From positions 1 through 8,955 of the forward strand of contig JADGIF010000417.1 in assembly GCA_018985225.1 (NCBI GenBank): a stretch of DNA of 8,955 nucleotides, written 5' to 3'. Source of the DNA: Amoeboradix gromovi X-113. Lineage: Eukaryota > Fungi > Sanchytriomycota. Shown piece by piece: positions 8,015-8,955 of this stretch (positions are counted from its first letter, which is position 1; each line of letters opens with the position of its first letter). The notes beneath the pieces were generated by a model, which saw nothing but the letters and a program-made list of their open reading frames with translations, was not told the origin of the DNA and did not search any database. A program made the position numbers and the translations under genes.

Positions 8015-8034
8015 TGTTTCCAGCTTTATAGGTT

Positions 8035-8298
8035 TCAACTGTCACTCTGAAGACGAGACAATTTACAAAGTAGCTGCTTGTGAAACTGTGACTTAAAAAG
8101 TGAGCTATGATGCATCAATAAAGCAGTGATAGTTTCAAAAGTTACATTGTCCTGAGTTTTAAAGCCTTCCAAGTCATAAGAAACAACCATTTCTTGTCCT
8201 TCAAGAGTAGTTACAAGCAAAAAGTCGCTTTGTATTCTGACAGATTTTACTCCAAATGAACATTCTTGGATTGCCCCCTCCAATTCTTCTTGTAGCAT
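8035..8298 (-). CDS. GSKIP/DUF727-domain protein (GSK3-beta interaction protein-like), 87 aa
   Basis: Pattern E..aI.E..FgV..., V.TLEG....V.....GF, then FETITALLMHHSSLFKSQFHKQLLCKL. This matches the DUF727 pattern ET...LL...S..f...F...L..kL..L. ATG start, TGA stop. Confidence 0.8.
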   Translation of the reverse strand: MLQEELEGAIQECSFGVKSVRIQSDFLLVTTLEGQEMVVSYDLEGFKTQDNVTFETITALLMHHSSLFKSQFHKQLLCKLSRLQSDS

Positions 8299-8467
8299 CT
8301 TCTGGAGAAAAACATTCAGAAACTAATCTAATTTCACTTGATATATCATTAAAATCTTTTCTTTTAAAGTCAAAATTCAGTCAAGTTGAAGGTTTTCATG
8401 AGATTTTTATTATAATTCATCAAGCATCTCTTTCACGTTTGTTCAAAGTATCTGAGAATTGCCCCTC
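8299..8467. promoter_or_regulatory. 169-bp divergent (likely bidirectional) promoter region
   Basis: Head-to-head ATGs at 8298 (-) and 8468 (+), AT-rich. Inferred from position only. Confidence 0.55.
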
Positions 8468-8851
8468 ATGCAACAACTTGATGGTGATATCTTAAGGACA
8501 TATTTCTCAAAATTGCAGCAGTATGAAGATCAACAGCATTTAATTAAAAGACATCTAAGTCAAGCATTTATGCATATGGCCGAATACAGAAAGATCAGGC
8601 CCAATATTGTGGTTGGTAATGGTAAGACTAAAGTTGACATTCTTGTTGAAAAAGACAAGGTTACCTACAAGCTAAATTTGGACTCTGAACTTAAAGGTAT
8701 GGCTCCATTTACACCTGCTGTAGGAAAATTGATGCAGACTGAATTCATTGAAGTTATTAAAAAATGTATTGTACTTGTCAATTTATCAAAGTCGCTGGCT
8801 GACATCGAGTCTTTAGCTGCATCTGGGACACCAAGTATAAAACTAGACTAA
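8468..8851 (+). CDS. VMA22: Vma22/CCDC115-like V-ATPase assembly factor, 127 aa (start moved to the first ATG)
   Basis: N-terminal helix LD..IL..YF..LQQYE.....I...LSQAF..MA..R and C-terminal P......MQTEF..VI...I.LVN....L..IE resemble the two conserved blocks of Vma22/CCDC115. The track start at 8459 is TTG; the first ATG is at 8468. Confidence 0.7.
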   Translation: MQQLDGDILRTYFSKLQQYEDQQHLIKRHLSQAFMHMAEYRKIRPNIVVGNGKTKVDILVEKDKVTYKLNLDSELKGMAPFTPAVGKLMQTEFIEVIKKCIVLVNLSKSLADIESLAASGTPSIKLD

Positions 8852-8858
8852 CTCGTTT

Positions 8859-8954
8859 TTAAAGGTGCACCATACGGATGAAATCATTAATAAAAGATCT
8901 TCTATTATACCAATTTTCTTTCATTGATTGTATTCCTCTTTTCAAAATAAAACT
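8859..8954 (-). CDS. Possible 3' end of a convergent gene entering from the right edge (...SFILKRGIQSMKENWYNRRSFINDFIRMVHL*)
   Basis: The frame is open for 31 codons from the window edge to TAA at 8861-8859 and reads protein-like. This could be chance. Confidence 0.35.
   Translation of the reverse strand, partial: SFILKRGIQSMKENWYNRRSFINDFIRMVHL
8889..8894 (+). terminator. Putative poly(A) signal for the VMA22-like gene
   Basis: AATAAA 37 nt after the stop; a second copy at 8946-8951. Confidence 0.4.
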
Positions 8955-8955
8955 A

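Noticed and set aside
7981-8023. GT...CAG intron-like stretch in the carrier 3' region
   Set aside because: It lies downstream of the + poly(A) signal, and its T-rich tract is explained by the minus-strand AATAAA array.
8256-8495. 79-aa + strand ORF
   Set aside because: Overlaps the starts of two better-supported genes, spans their divergent promoter and has no family features.
1-8955. Prokaryotic features: CRISPR array, operon, IS element, rRNA or tRNA
   Set aside because: No spaced direct repeats, transposase, terminal inverted repeats or RNA-gene signatures were seen, and the gene content and intron are eukaryotic.

Overview
AT-rich, very gene-dense eukaryotic nuclear DNA in the standard genetic code, not prokaryotic. 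It looks like a streamlined fungus or fungal relative that retains mitochondria (inference). Four well-supported genes are separated by only 106-216 bp. (1) A 2068-aa minus-strand protein with an N-terminal hydrophobic anchor and about 15 degenerate ~135-aa beta-rich units resembling the LEA-2/DUF3712 (Tag1-like) family. (2) An Ndt1-type mitochondrial NAD+ carrier split by a 21-nt GT-AG intron. (3) A GSKIP/DUF727-domain protein. (4) A Vma22/CCDC115-like V-ATPase assembly factor. The left ~460 bp are ambiguous (an intron-split ORF and/or a small structured RNA), and the right edge may hold the 3' end of another gene. The most notable items are the giant LEA-2-like concatemer (a candidate long lipid-handling chain) and the ultra-short intron. 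All family calls are from motif recognition by eye; no searches were run.
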